Shown: positions 21,197 through 35,300, counted from the first letter of the stretch. The stretch: DNA of 64,000 bases from an uncultured Planctomycetota bacterium (GCA_963845755.1 CAWJTV010000013.1:96001-160000), one strand, 5' to 3'. Program-made: numbers and translations. The notes: a model not told the origin generated them from the sequence alone.

Positions 21197-22591
21197 CTAC
21201 GAGCCGTCAGTAGCCGTGTCCTTCGGCAACCGACCTTCGAGTCCCGCGTACCTCTCACCGGCTTTCCTGAAGGCTGAGCCGTTGTCGATGAACTTCCGCT
21301 GCTGACGCTGCTCGTTCGCCACAGCGAACAGCCTGCGCACGATCGCGGGGCTGCTTTCGTTGGCCGCCTCGCTGCGGCCGCTCTCCTTGTCTGGTCGCCA
21401 GGTCTCGATCAGCTCGGGGACGATTTCGAGGAGAAACTTCACGCGGGTGGCCCGGGCGAGCTTCGGATCTTCGAGCTTCGCCAGAACCTGAGCCGGAGTT
21501 CTCTGAGCCGTGCCGGAAACAATCTTCATCGGGCCGTCGTCCACCGGCGTCGGGTCAAGCGCCATCCGCGCGAAGGGCTGGAGTGCGAGCTTCTCCGCTT
21601 TGAGGGGATCGCGGTCCAACACACCTGCTTTGTATGCGTGCACCTCCTCGAGTATGCCACGCAATGCGGCGGCGAGCGGCGTCCGGGACTCGGCCCGCGA
21701 CGGATCGAGAGAGACCCGCAGCAGGTTCGCGAGGTGCTCGTTCTGCAGCCTGCGATCGCTCGGGTGGCGTTCCGCTGCCTGCATGAGGAGCCCGTTGGCC
21801 CACCGCGTCTGTCCCGCCTTGGCTTCGATCAGCGTACGCAGCGAGGCCGCCTCGCCGTCGTCGAGCGCCCGTACCGTCGAATCGGCCGGGGGAACGGTGG
21901 TCCCTCCCGTCGCCTTTGTAACAGGCGCCATAACTGCTGGACCGCGCGGCGCCGGCTCAGGGGCTGGTGGGGTCTTGAGCGTGCCCGCTGCCGGAGCCGG
22001 ATCAGCCGCCTCGTCATATTGCCGAAGTGGCCCAGACGGGAGCCGCCGTTCCCGAGACGGCGCCGGCCGGGCCGCCTCATGTTCCGGTTCAATCTCGGCG
22101 GCGCGGTGACGGCACGTCACCGAACTCGGCCAGGGCGATCTCATGCAGCCGATCCGCGTCGTCCACATCGGCGTCCAGCTCGCCGAGCAGGGGGACGGTA
22201 ATGGGCAGGTCCTTTACCTTCTCACCATCTGCGGTCTCGAATTTGGTCAGGACGAGAGCGTCCCCGTCCATCCGGCAGAAGATCTCTCGGACGCTGATCT
22301 CCTGAGGCTCGCCGACGCCGTTGACATAGGTGATCTTGATCGAGGGCACCGAGGGACGTTTGGTCATTCCGTCCCTGTACTTCGGGTCGGCTTCGGCGGT
22401 CGCCAGCAATTGACGGGCGGCATACGCGCCGTACGTGGCGGGATCGGATTGGTCGATCCGCAAGCGACCCTGATCGTCCTTGACGACCCGGATCTCCGGT
22501 ATCGACCAAGCCGTCGACGCTTGAGGCGCATGGGCTCGTGGTTTCGCCTCTCTTCGCCCCCTTGATCGTTCGCTGCTACCACCGCGCCCAT
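21197..22591 (-). CDS. Hypothetical protein, frameshifted (ORFs 22089..22463 and 21197..22168 joined)
   Basis: Plausible protein-like composition across overlapping ORFs; no family recognised. Confidence 0.4.
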
Positions 22592-23280
22592 CCTCGAATG
22601 TCTGGAGGGTAGATATTCAATCCCAAGGCCACCTGATCAAAGGCGCCGTTCATGTCGGTGCCCCACCGCCCAGCGCGGTACTCGACTTTCCACCCGAATC
22701 CAGTCACGGGAATCCTTGACCAGGTCTGGCCTTCTGTCCCTTTTGACGCTTCATCCCGCCGAGAAGTTCCATGGCTCCCGGGCGACCGAGCGGCTCACCA
22801 CCCGCCTGAGACCGTCTAGGGTGGGGGATGTCTGTTCTGACCCGAACCGGCGAAGCTCCCCATGCCGCACGGTGGTGAATCTGTTCGTTCCGATGTTTCG
22901 GCCGCCTTTCCCAAAAGCTCTCTGGACGGCGAAGAGGTTAGCAGCCCGCGTACGTCCGTCTCGCCGGTGAGACCATCGTTCACAAATGAGTCTCGCAGAG
23001 AGAGGACGAGAAAGAACGAGCCAGTCGAAGACCATCGCCAATCCTTCGCGGCCACCGGAACGGAATCTTTGATCCGTCCGAGGTGGCTTCGGTCGATCCG
23101 ACTGAGAGTCTGTCCCAGAAGGGCGAGCGGGGGGCGTCAGCCGCCTGTCCGGTGAGCGACGGACCTCCAAGACAGGGGGCGGACGCCCCCCCGCTCGCCC
23201 GGACCGGCCCCTTCGGGGACAGACTCTGACTTTTTTGCGGACTTCCGGTGGCTGGCCAAGCGGCTGGCCTTCATGGCCCC

Positions 23281-23400
23281 ATGATCACCCTCGTCCAGGC
23301 CGTGGCGGACTTGACCGCGGCCCCCGACCGATCCTCTTCCTGGATACCTGCACCTTGCTCGACATTGTCCGGTGCCGGAGCGCCACGTGGCCGGGGAGGT
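23281..23400 (+). pseudogene. PIN-domain gene remnant
   Basis: MITLVQAVADL followed, after a frameshift, by RPILFLDTCTLLDIVR (PIN N-terminal DT motif). Confidence 0.45.
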
Positions 23401-23478
23401 CCTGCGTGGGCATCCAGCTCCGGCGCGGCGGCGACCGGGACGGTTCGGCTTTTTGTTCAGGACAGTAACCCTCTCCGC

Positions 23479-23507
23479 TTGGCAAACACCCTCGGCCATG
23501 GTACTCT
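23479..23507 (+). promoter_or_regulatory. Sigma70-type promoter of the vapBC-like pair
   Basis: TTGGCA-17 nt-TACTCT with an extended -10 TG, about 40 nt before the ATG. Confidence 0.5.
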
Positions 23508-23545
23508 GTACGTCAGAATAACGAAATGCTTATGCGTATCGTCCC

Positions 23546-23881
23546 ATGACGCATAGCGACTTCAACCACCTCCTGAGCAGCATCAAGGCCCTGACGCCCG
23601 AGCAGGCGCGGCAGCTCCGCCAGCAGCTCGACAGCCAGCCCGCCGAGCCGAAGAAGCCCGCGCCCCCGGCGTCCGCCAAGACCGCTAAACGCGCCAAGGC
23701 CGCCACGGCTCCAAGCAAGCCGCGCTCCATCGAGGAGCTTCACCGGAAGATGATCGCGCGTGGCCTGATCCGCCGCCTGCCCGATCCATCGCTCGACATC
23801 GACGACGATGACCCGGACGATCAGCCGGTTCCCATCAAGGGCGAGCCGCTGTCGGAAACCATCCTCCGCGAGCGGCGCTGA
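23546..23881 (+). CDS. Putative antitoxin (VapB-like)
   Basis: Small protein with acidic C-terminus PVPIKGEPLSETILRERR, immediately upstream of a PIN toxin. Confidence 0.75.
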   Translation: MTHSDFNHLLSSIKALTPEQARQLRQQLDSQPAEPKKPAPPASAKTAKRAKAATAPSKPRSIEELHRKMIARGLIRRLPDPSLDIDDDDPDDQPVPIKGEPLSETILRERR

Positions 23882-23882
23882 G

Positions 23883-24346
23883 ATGGTCACCGCCTACTTC
23901 GTCGATTCCAGCGCCCTGGTCAAGCGCTACGTGATCGAGACCGGCACCGCCTGGGTACGTCGCATCACGCGCCGCAGCCCATCCACGGTCATCTACATCG
24001 CCCACATCACCGCCGTTGAAGTCACCTGCGCCGTCGCCCGCCGCCGCAAGGGCAAGACCCTCACCGCCGCACGGGCATCGTCGATCCTCCGCCGCTTCCG
24101 CCAGCATCTCGCCGCGCGCTATACCGTCATCGAGGTGACGCCCGACCTGCTGGACGAGGCCGTGCGTCTGGGCAACGCGGCATGCCTTCGCGCCTACGAC
24201 GCCGTGCAGCTCGCCGTGGCCCTCGAAGTCAACCGCAGCCACCAGGCAGACGGTTTACCCCGGTGACGCTGATCTCCGCCGACCAGGCCCTCAACGACGC
24301 CGCTACCGCCGAAGGATTGACCGTGGACGATCCGCAGGGAATTTAG
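23883..24346 (+). CDS. vapC: VapC-family PIN-domain toxin (frameshift near 24260)
   Basis: YFVDSSALVKRY, LRAYDAVQLA and ISADQALNDAATAEGL. Confidence 0.88.
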
Positions 24347-24813
24347 TGCAGTTGAGTTCGGGCACGGCCCTGGTCCCGGTCCAGGGTAAGGATCCCGGGG
24401 TGAGGTACAACCGCGGCTTGGCCGGACCCTTCTTGCCGTTGGGCGGGACGTGTCAGGCGGTTGAATCGAGCTGCGTCCTCGTTTCGCGCCGTGTTGTCAC
24501 AGGAGGATGAACGGGACGCTGTAATCATTGCGGTCAGATTCACGGTTTGGAGAACTCTGTCTTTCCCAGACCATCTCAAACCTCCGAAAGAATTAGCAAT
24601 GTCCCCTGCCCCCCCTGCCCCCCAATGCTTTGTCCCGGAGTCGATCTCGGACAGGGTTTTGATGCTGCTCACGTCTCCGAATGCAAGAGTTGAAGCCTCT
24701 CCCCCACGCCGGCGGGGCACCCGCGGTGGAGCGAAAGTCTCCTGAATCGCTGAGCCTCTAGTCTTTGTCTTGCGACGATCGATGCAAATCCCCGCTGTAC
24801 TGGCGGAGCTGAG

Positions 24814-27800
24814 TCAATCCTGCGGCAGCAACGAGATCAACGAGGGCTTCTTCCTGCCTTCGCAGAAGTATAACGCTTTGAATCGCTCCATCTGCTTGAT
24901 CCTATCGATGAGTGCCGTTTCCTTGTCCGAGCCGGCGACATGGCGCATCAACGCCTTCGCGTCCGCCTCGGTCAACCGCAGCACAAGATAGTTCGCAATC
25001 GCCGAGAAGAGTGATATGTTGAAGTCCTTGGCTTCTTGTGAAGCAAGCACTAGCGATATACCATACTTTCGACATTCCTTGGCCATGGTGGGGATCAGTC
25101 TCAATCGAGCGGTGCGATGGGGCCGTTGAACATGACGGCGTGCGTGATTCGAGATTGATGCCCCTGCGGAACATGTCCTTGTAGAGGCCGTAGAACACGA
25201 GGGACGAAAAGGCCTTCTGCAAATTGTCATTCTGTGTCGTGTGTATGCGGATCACAGTTGGATTGTCGCTCTCCCACAAGCACTCTCGAGACTCGGCGAG
25301 ATCGAAGAAGCCATAGTCGCCAAGTTCTCCGAGGCGTGCCAGGAGGGTTTGTAGGCCCCGGTCCGGCTTTGGCTCGCCTGCGCAGGATCTCCACAAATCG
25401 CCCGAATTCCGGCTCGCACAGCCCCGACAGAAGGGCGCTCGGATGCTCCTATTTCTCCCTCAACGAAACTCTTTTTGATAGCTGCGCGGATGCTCCCCCT
25501 GAATATCTCCGATTTCAGGGAAGATCGCGACGAAAATATCGCGGAGCCCGCCTGCCACATCGAGATAAGCCAGGCGAGTCGGCTTTCCGACCGACGGCAG
25601 CACCCCAGACCGTTCTCGCACTTCGACAGCGTTCACTTTGCGATGCAAAGCTAAGAGTCTGTTCCCGTAAGTCTATCCTGAGCCCCCGGATGGGGGCGAA
25701 AGACGCGCAGCGCGGGCGTGACGCCCCTCGGACGCGGGAAGTTCCTTCGTTCTGGTAAACGAAAGCCGCCGACTCCGCCTTCGCGGCGAACGCGGCGGAC
25801 AACCCGGCCATCGCAAGGCGTTCTGCGCCCTTGGTCCCTCCCGAGGAGCTCCGATCGTCCACCGATCGTCGGCCCGGGGCCTGTCGTCGCTGCGGCCATG
25901 CGCTGCACGGCGAAGGTCCCACACCCTTGATCGATCAGGTCGCCGACCTGCCCCGGATCGAGCGACTCGTGGACGAATACCGGCTGCATCGGCTCGCTTG
26001 TCCGGACTGTGGGACGACCACGTGTGCGACCCTCCCCGAGGGGGTCTCCACCAGCCACTTCAGCCCGTACACTCAGGCCGTGCTGGCGACCCTGGCCGGC
26101 GCCTACCGCCTCAGCAAGCGGCAGATCCAGCAACTCGACGGCGATCTGATGGGGCGGTCGATCTCCACCGGGATCATCTCCAAGCTGGAAGCGCAACCGG
26201 CCGCCGTGCTGGAGGCCCCCTATAACGATGCCGGCCGTCGCCGTCCACACGGCGGAGGTGATCCATGCCGACGAGACCTCCTGGCGGGAGGAGCGGCGCA
26301 AGGCCTGGCTTTGGGCGGCGGTGACCGCGATGTTCACCGTCTTCACCATCGCCCGCAACCGCACCGCCAAGGTGGCCCGAGCGGTCCTGGGGACGCACGA
26401 CGGCTCGATCGCGGTGACCGACCGTTGCAGTTCCTACGACTGGATCGCCGCGGCCGGCCGGACCTGCTGGAGCCATCTCCGCCGCGATTTCCAGGCGATG
26501 ATCGACCGCGGCGGGGCGGCCGAACTGATCGGCCGACGACTGTTGAGGCTGTCGGATCGGTTGTACCTCTGGTGGCATCGCCACGAGGCCGATCGGTGGA
26601 TCGGGGGCGATTCTGCGCGATGATTACCCGGGTGAGGCGCGAGGTCAAAGCGGCGCCGGACGACGGTCGCGGCGCGGATGTCCGCGGATGCACGGGATGT
26701 TGCCGAGAATCCTGCGTGTGGAGGGGAGCTTGTGGACCTTTGCGGGTCGAGGGGGTGCCTCCCGACAACAATGCGGCAGTGTGCCGAGCGGCACGCCGTG
26801 ATCTGGCGGCGGATCAGCGGGGGGACCGACAGGCGCAGGGGAGCCGGTTCGTCGAGCGGATGTTGACCGTGGTGGCCACGTGCTCGTCAGCAGGGACGAG
26901 ACGTGCTGGGCTACCTGACATCGTGCATTGAACCGGCTCGGAGCAACCAATCGATCCCCTCCCTCGTCCCGGTGACTCCACCAAAGATCGAGGCCGCCTA
27001 ATTCCAGCTATCACGCCCCATGAACGGGTACGCAGAGACTCCACTTGCTCACGGATTCGCTCGAGGATTTCCGGGTCTTCGCGAGCGTTGCGGAGATGCC
27101 GCCGATACTTGACCTCGATGAATCGGAAATGCAGCCCTTTGCGTGGGATCGCCGACACATAGATGAGATCTGGACGCGCTTTCCTTCTCGCCCCTGCCGC
27201 CACCCTTCGGTGCTAGAGGTGGAAGTAGGTCACGAACATCATCGACAGGTACGATGAAGCCGGCTGTGAGCGGCAGCCAGCAGTCGCAGCTATCGGTTGC
27301 CGTTGACTATTTAGGGCTGAGCGGAAGAGCAATCAGCCCGGAAGTCGGCGCCTTCGGTCCCGTAAGACGGATCGCCAATCGACAGCTGAGTGCTTTGAGA
27401 TGCTCAAAGAGAAATTCGGCGTTTCGAAGACTATGGCTAAGACCCATCGGATCGAGTGCGCTATTGAGTAGATACCGGACCTCTTCCAGGTTGCTGGTCG
27501 AAGTAATCAACTGGAGGCAGCCCAAGTCTTCGCGTTCCGGGACGCAGTCGATCACATAGGCATCGTAGATTTCCTTGCTTTCCTTGCTATCCCCTGGGGA
27601 ATTGAAATACTCAATACCTGCATTCCGATCGAAGGTGATGACCCAATCACACATTCTGTGAAGGGTCTTGAGGCTTTCTGCCTTCTCTCGGGAAATCTCC
27701 GTCCTTAATGCCAACAGATCGCCCTCGGCGTCGATGCTTCGAGCTACGCACTTTTGAATGACTTGCTGCAAGCGGACCAGACGCTCGGTATGTGTCCGGT

Positions 27801-30501
27801 CGGATGGGTGCTTTTCGCCATCGTTCCAATGGGGAACTGTACTTCGCCATAAAGGCGAGGGAGTGCTTGCGAATTCCCGTTCGAAGAAGGAGAGGAGGCC
27901 GAAGGCGTAGAATGGCCTGGGTTTCGCGGTCTGCTCCTTACCTTGGGGAGCCACACGGGACTCGAACGTATCGAAGGCAACCGCAAGATGTGCCGCGGTC
28001 TCTGGGGCTTGCTCACTCTTGCGAGCCCAGCGCAGCCTTGGCAGGTTTACCCCGCCCGGCAGGCTCAGTGACTCCAGCATCCAGAGGTCCTCTCGGGACA
28101 GCATACCCGCTCCGCTACGTCGTTTCTCCCTAGCCTCTGCGATGAATCGCCCTGCAACTGCACGCTGTTCCTGTGACGGATAGAGCTCCAACACGAAAGC
28201 CGGGGCTTTCGTCACCGCGTCCTCATTTAGGTCTTCGTCCGCGCCTTGGCGATATCGCTCATAAACACCGCCGAGCGAGCGTGCCACCGTAAGGCCATCA
28301 CCCGCCCTGAGGGCGTGGATATGGAGGAGTTTCGGCGTGTCGTGGCATTCCAGATACTTGAAGATCTCATTCCCCAGAACTTGATGCTCTTTCTTCCCCA
28401 CTGTCGGCACCGCATCCGCCGTTTCGCTTTCCCCCAATGCCCTCGCGAGAATCGCTATGGCGGCCTTTGGTTCTTTGTCGCAATCGAGAACCATGCCCAC
28501 GGAATGGAAGCCAAGCGTGTCGGCGAAGACGAAGGAACTCCCGCTCTCCAGACCCGGCAGGAACGCTGGAAACATCGCGCCGTCCAGGACCGAAAACTCC
28601 TCCCGAATCTCCTTGGGAGATGCGTGCTGTTCAAAGGCCGCATGGAGCACAAGGTTGTCAAATGCCACGTGCCAGGCCACTGCGCAGCGGGTGGCTCGGC
28701 AAGACTATCAACCCAATGGTCCGACCCGAAAGAGACTGCACCTCAACTGTATTTGCGACCGCCAATGACGGCTCGCCTTCCTCCAGGAGCGCGGCCCATG
28801 CAAGGAGGTACTCCTTCACAATCGTATCGAATATCTTCGATTTCTCATCGTAGACTTGACCGACACCCCCGCCACAGGCTGCGAACCGTTCCGCCATGTG
28901 CCGGCTCGCGACTGCCGCCCGATCCCAGAGTGGTTCCCACAAAGTCCCGGATGAGGATTCGGCACGTACAAACGGAAAGAGCTCCGCTTCACCGGCCCGC
29001 GAGCCGGAGGCTCGCACTTTGACTCTGCCACGCGCCCGATCGCTCCCCCTTTTTCAGTCCATTGCTTTTCCACCTCATCGATCAGGGGTGGTCGAAAGAC
29101 CCGAAAGTTCTTGCCGTGCTCCGGAGTTCGCAACAAGACGAATCCTTTGGAATCCACGGATGGAGTTGTAGCGGAAGTGGCAAGAACCGAAATCATCTCA
29201 CGATCGGCGAGCTTGATGAGTCCCTCGCTGAAAGACCGCACCTTCTCCCCGATCCCGCCTCTATCGCGTTCGGGCGGCTGACCGAACTTAACGATAAATT
29301 CCTCGCTCTCCCGCTTGATGGAGTCGTTCCCGATGACCGAAACGACCACCCTGGCTGAGATCACGCATCCTCGCTCAACATAGAGAAGTCATCGTTACTG
29401 AATCGGCATTTCTCTTCCTTCTTCCCGGAATGCGACACCTCCCGGGAGGCAAGCTCCTCATCCATGTCCGTCAGGATGACGACGCGGTAGTCAACCGCGT
29501 TTTCCTTCAAGTTCTCGGGTCTGCGCTTTCCATTTCACTTCGAGTTTGCTGTAATCGCCCGTCTTCTCGGCCTCCGAGTTCAGGATCAGCTCCGGCGGAC
29601 CATCAGGGGCCCCCTCCAATCCGCACCACTTTGTGATATTGCCTGCGCTGGTTCGCCACGGTGAAAGGTCGATGCTCTGAATGGCCTGACCGGCCTCTTC
29701 AAGCCGTAATGCGTTGACCCAGAGGTGCTTCTTGTCGGCGAGTTCCGTCAACGCGGGAAGAAGACGCTTCGTGGCCGCCGATCGTAAGAACCGCTCCAGG
29801 TCCGTAATCTGCTGCTCGGAAGGAGTCATCAGCTTCAGAGCTTCAATCCGTCGCGCAGGAGTGAGTCCGGAGACTGCCGTTCCCAAGAGGCGATCCACGA
29901 ACATCCGAGAGTCATCCAATTCTTCGGCCCCCACTGATTCGTCGGATCCATGGACCGGCCAGAGGCCGATCATGTTCAAGAGTTCCCTCGGATGCTTCTT
30001 GTCCGCTGCGATACGGACGAGGAAATCGAACTCAGCCCAGAGCGAAATGCTAAAACGGCGGCCGTGTCCGCGTCGCCTTCTTCACCGCTCGTTCTGCATA
30101 CTCACGGGTGTCGCGAGAAAGACGGTGGGTAACCTCGCTTCTCGCTATTCGAACTGCCTCTGTGAATAGGCTCGCCTCGTTGACCTCCCGGGCTGCGCGA
30201 TAGATGCCATCCATGCCGGCGCCGGCCTTTGCCGTGTCCACGAGCAAGAGCGACGCCTCGCCCTTCGTCTCGCGGATCTCGACGGCGCGGTCGGCTGTAA
30301 TCGTGCGTGTGCCCTCATCGTCCGCGTCCGCCACACGACTCACCTGCCAGCCAGACGGGGCAAACAAAGCATCGCGAGCGATCGCATCTACGATGTCAGG
30401 AGTCAGGCATGCACAAAGGCCATGGACCCCGCTTCGTGCTTGCCCAGCACATTGTCGAAGGCGTCTCGAAGGATCGTCGCGTGAAGTTCAGTCCATTCCA
30501 T
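24814..30501 (-). pseudogene. Large defence ATPase, MAD8/DptH-like; many frameshifts, interrupted by IS66
   Basis: Start MEWTELHATILR overlaps the upstream gene. ARPDLIYV...FIEVKYR (PD-(D/E)xK-like) near 27150; C-terminal HerA/VirB4-like MAKECRKYGISLVLASQEAKDF. Confidence 0.65.
25755..27031 (+). mobile_element. IS66-family element (TnpC transposase), 5'-truncated and heavily frameshifted
   Basis: CRRCGHAL, EYRLHRLACPDCG, HADETSW, VTDR, CWSHLRRDF, PDNNAAE and GSRFVERML motifs; right end ...TGAACGGGTAC at 27031; left end not found. Confidence 0.85.
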
Positions 30502-32330
30502 GCTCGTCCTCCGTATGGCTCTCGAAGCGAGGCCGCAAGTGTTTCATTGTCTCGGCATCGTTGACGCCCACAAGCAGCCCCAGATCACGGAGGCGGCGTT
30601 CCAGGAAAGTGCGATTTGCTCGCAGGAGATCATTCGAAACTGGCATACCCTGCGGAGCTTCATCAACGCAAAAACCATAACGCTCTTTGAGCCGGCCAAT
30701 GAAGTCCTTAAGCGAGCGAGGCTGTACACCCGGCTTGTTTCCGCTTCGCAACACGTAACGGTGCACGAGATAATCAAGCACCGAATCTGAAAAGAGGAGC
30801 CAACGAACCTCACTCCGCTTCCTGACCGCACTCCCGAAGACGTTGCGCACAGCCGTTCTCTTCATGGCAAGGCCGTTCGGACGTCCTATAAGCAACGATG
30901 AGTCAATCACCGAGATCACGTTGCCCTGTGTGCTCTTGCGGCCCTGCAACGAGGTGAGTGACTCGGCGATGCGAAAACCGGGTTAGGCTGGCTTCCGCTG
31001 TTCAGCAATATCTGCGCAGACTCAGGGTAGTCCTCCTTCAACCTATCAGCGAGCTCCTCTGCCTTCTGTTCCAAGCTATAGAGGATCGGTCGCGCCTCTG
31101 GACGCCGCTCATGAAGCAGCTCGCCCAGCATGTTGAGCCACTCGGTGGCGAAAGGCGTGGTTCTAATCCCGAGCGTCTTTATCTTCCGATCGTATCTCGC
31201 ACTCCAGTCGAGCAGCCGAAGCGCCATGAGAACCACAGGAAACCGTTCGGTTCGACGCATGAAGTCATCGAACGACTGCTCGGCAAGTGTTCTCAGTTGG
31301 CCGGCAACTCCGTTGGAGCAGTCCACGAATAGGGAGGCGGGTTCTTGCTCGCATGCCTTCTGGATTACCCCTGACTCCGACCATGCGAACAGCATCTCAA
31401 TGACGCTCGTGAGGATCGTCGTCATCCCAACTGCCATGCACGATTCTAGGAGTTCAACGAAAGTGTGGCGAGGAATCCCGAAGCTTGCATAGGAGTGCAC
31501 GAAACGCCGTATATCCTCGGAGAAATGCCGCGCCGCTTTTTCAGCGATAGGACGCTGGTTTGAGATACGCACGTCTTCTTCTTTTCCTCGCAGCTTGGCC
31601 GGCGCCTCTCCCAGTTGCTTCGCCAGGCGTATCATCAGCAATTGGTCCAACCCGACGGGTGTCTCCTCATCGAAACGGTCCGACCTGAGACTGCTTGGTT
31701 CCCCGGGCTCATCGCGTCGGGTAATGCCCTGATGAAACGTGCGCGCAGCAGAACATTCTTTTCGAAACCTCTGCCCACGGCGAACAGATGCCTTCCACGT
31801 CTTGTTCCGCTCAATGCGGTCGCCCTTTTGGTCGGCCAGCATCGCAACAATCATCTCGGGGACATAACGAAGGTTCGCCACAGTCCCGGGAAGATCCACC
31901 CAGAACGCCATATAATGGGCTGGCGCGACTCGCTGGACCTGTCCTTCCTGCCCAGTGGTGCTTGGCGTTCTCCAGACAGAAGCACAGTAGTAAATCACCG
32001 AGTATCGCCTGCTCGGTCTCGCCGCTAAAGCCTTCGAAATGGTTGCACTGTGCTAGCCCGTCGGCAATTCGCTCGATGGTTGCCGTCTGCCTTGGTTCCG
32101 TCCCGTTTTCCGAGTTTGCTTAATGTTTCCTGAAACTTTCCTTTACCTCGCCGCCAACCGAAGCTGAACATATAAAACACGGCCGGCAGAACGGCAGACA
32201 GATCGAAATCTTGTACTGTGATCGGCAGGGCCTTTTCATAGTTCCCTGACCAGATCTCGCGGGTCATACCACGCCCAAGCACCTCGTCCACGATGCGCGG
32301 GCCGTTGTGGCAATCTTTCCCGGGCTCACG
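30488..32330 (-). CDS. Defence-module middle gene, MAD7/DptG-like (frameshifted)
   Basis: About 600 aa from ORFs 32025..32291, 30916..31998 and 30488..30949; C-terminal LERRLRDLGLLVGVNDAE; coupled to both neighbours. Confidence 0.55.
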
Positions 32331-35300
32331 CCCCGCCTCCTGGTGCGACTACACTCAGGTTTATTCGCTGATCTCATTCGCGGTTTGCTCCAAATTGTGG
32401 AGACCTTGAAGATCTTCTCTTCCTGCATCGGATTCAAGGCCAACAGTTCACTCTCATCCTCGCGGACCAAGCGTTGGATAAAGATAGAGAGATTGGCGAA
32501 CGTATCGTCGGTCGAGACGTCGCCCAACTGGTATCCGTCGCTCAACTCCAGAAGCAGATGAAAGACTGCCCGCTTCAAGCCCCGAGCGCTCTTCACGGCC
32601 GTCGCGATAGCGATAGATCAGGAACGCTTGCCGGTGCAGGCGCTCCATGCCCTCCGCTTCCGGCGGAAGATCTGCCTCAAGTCGAAACGAGGTGACCGGC
32701 TTCTCTACCCAAAAGTCCGTTTCTGTTGGCGTTCGAGGCGTGATGGCCAGAGGGATTACGTTGGGCCTGTCGAGCGCCTGGGGTGGCAGATCTTCAAGTC
32801 GCGAAATGCCACGACACAGACGCTCGCAGAGGCTCACCAGCTTCTGTGGGTCCTTGACAATCGGGAGATCTCGGAAAAGACGCAGGTGCCGCCCGCGTGC
32901 CAGATCGAGGGCCTCGGGCTTGCCCGCGAACTCGTCATCGAGCGCCGGGCTTGCCCGCGATCTCCTCTATGTGTTCCTGCGTCCATTCGAAGAATGCCCG
33001 GCGCCGGGCTGATTCCAATTTGAGTCGGTCGTAATGAAGCGCCGTCCTGTCGCTGTCCGGGGAGGGTTTGCTAAGCAGGTGCCGATCGATCTGGGGATGA
33101 GCCTCGAGAGTGGGGTCGAAGCGGACCAGTTCTCGTAATACTTCGCCTTGTCGGCTAGGCGAATCGGCGGAGAAGGCACGGTCCCAGTATGGTGGAACTT
33201 CAGATCCGGCGTGGTAATCCTCGCAGAAGTGGACGCCGAAGAGAATATAGACCAGGGCTGCGCGTAACTCGCGGACAGTGATGTGCGTTTCCCCGCGAAG
33301 GTGGACGGCTTGCAGCGCCGCGAACAGCCGTTGGCGGGCGCGGTCGCGAATGTCCTTGTTCGCTGACCCAGGAAGACCCTCCGGACCGAAGATTCGGTTC
33401 GCACGGAAGACTTCACAGCGATCCTTTGCCGAACAGGATCGGCAAGGTGCCCATGTCGCAGACGCTCGTTCCCCACCATACAAGGAGTCCATCAGGGGCT
33501 CGAAAAAGCTGGTCTCGATTCGGCTCCCGTCAGGTGTGATGCCCCCGACGAGGGACCTTTGATTGAGGCTCACGAATCGGATGTAGGAGTCCTGCGTGGC
33601 AACTTCTCGTCGGAGTAGGTCGTACAGTTCTCCCGTGAGCGCCGTTTCATTGCCACCTTCGCGTGATTCCACACCCTCGATCCACTCGAGCAAACGCCCA
33701 TCGTTAATCGCGAGGAGATGCACAATGTCATCGGTGGGCGGTCCATGCTGGAATGGTGCCAGAAACTCGTCGAGGAGGTTGTCGGCAGAGCGTCCCTGCA
33801 CGCTCCATGCCGCCGATCCGTCCAGATTCATGCGAACAACCAAACCGTCACGCATTCGAGATTGCAGGATGTGCTCGGACGAGGAGTGCTTCCGAACTCC
33901 GAGTCGCGTAGCGAGATGCTGAAGTAGAGCAGTCTTGCCGTCGCCAGCATTGCCACATAAGATCACGAGGCGGACTCGTCGCTCAAATACATCATGATAT
34001 AAGGATTCTTCGAGCCTTGTTTCAACGTAGGTCTGAGAGGCGAAACCCGTGTCGAGCCCCCGCGTCTCACGATTTCCCCACCGCGATCCCGGATAGGACT
34101 GCAACAGTGAACTCAGCCACTCGATTCGTTCCTGGTGCAGTTCCACTCCGGCGCGTTCTTCTTGAGCCCGTTCGGAAGCGCCCGGGAACTACCTTGGCGG
34201 TCCTTCCTTTTGTAGCCGTAGTCGGGTCCGCTTTCGGCTCGGGCGCCTCGAGGACCGCCAGGGCCGCACGAGCTGAGGCAAACCGCTGTCCCGGGTCGGG
34301 ATGGGTTGCCTTGTCGAGGAAATCAGCCAGCGCGAGGCTTTCCGAGCGTTCAATTCCATCCCAGTTCAACCCCCGCTCTTTAGCTTGAGTGCCGGCGAAC
34401 TGGAAAGGTTCCCTCCCGAAGACCACGTGAAAGAAGCTGGACGCCAAAGCGTAGATGTCGTCTGACGGCGAGGTCGCTCGCTGCTCCTGATAAGAGGGTG
34501 AACAATACAAAACGGTGCCGGGCGAAGCAACGGTTTCGCCAATCTTGCCGACGAAATCGTAGTCTGTCAGGACGAGATCGCTTCCGGAAACGATCATGTT
34601 TCGAGGGCTGATGTCGCCGTGAATCAAGCGGTTGCGATGGAGCACATCGAGCGCCCGACACAAAGGCGCGCAGCCACCGCAAGGCCAAGGCTTCACTGGA
34701 CGTCTCTTGCTGCTCTTCTGCCAAAAGTGGGAAGACGCCGGTGAACTCGCCAAGCGGCGTGCCTTCAACCCAGGTCATCAGCGCGACGAATTGGTTCTCC
34801 CGCGGTTCGCCCGCCACCTCAAGGATGGCGGAGAGGCCCGAATGACGGCCGAGGTACGATTGCGCCAGTCTATAGGCCTTCAGGACTCGCTCGCCGGTTT
34901 CCACACTATGCCCAACTTTGGCCACGTAAGTCCCGAGATCCTCTTTCGTTCAACCGGTCGATCTCCACCACCTTGAAGGCCGTCCCCATACCTCCGGATC
35001 CGAGACGTGCAACAATTCGATAATCGCGGTCGTGGAAGCGTACTACCTGCTCTTCCGTCCAGAAGCGGGCCGGAGGGGTTGCCGGCGGCGGTAGTGATTC
35101 GCCCAGCAGTTCGGAGGCCGACGCGTTCAGGGCTTCCAGCGTACAACGCTGCGCCGGGCTCTTCCGCCATGCCTTTCGCGAACACCTCCACGGCCTGCCG
35201 GCTAGTCTCATCGTCCCGTCCCTGGAACAGTGGTGTCAGACAAGCGCAAAGCGAATATACATCCGAGCGAAAGTCCGCAACGCTCAGGCCGAGCGCTCGA

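Noticed and set aside
22600..23230. Possible intron or integrase remnant
   Set aside because: No recognisable motif in the frames I examined; left unannotated.
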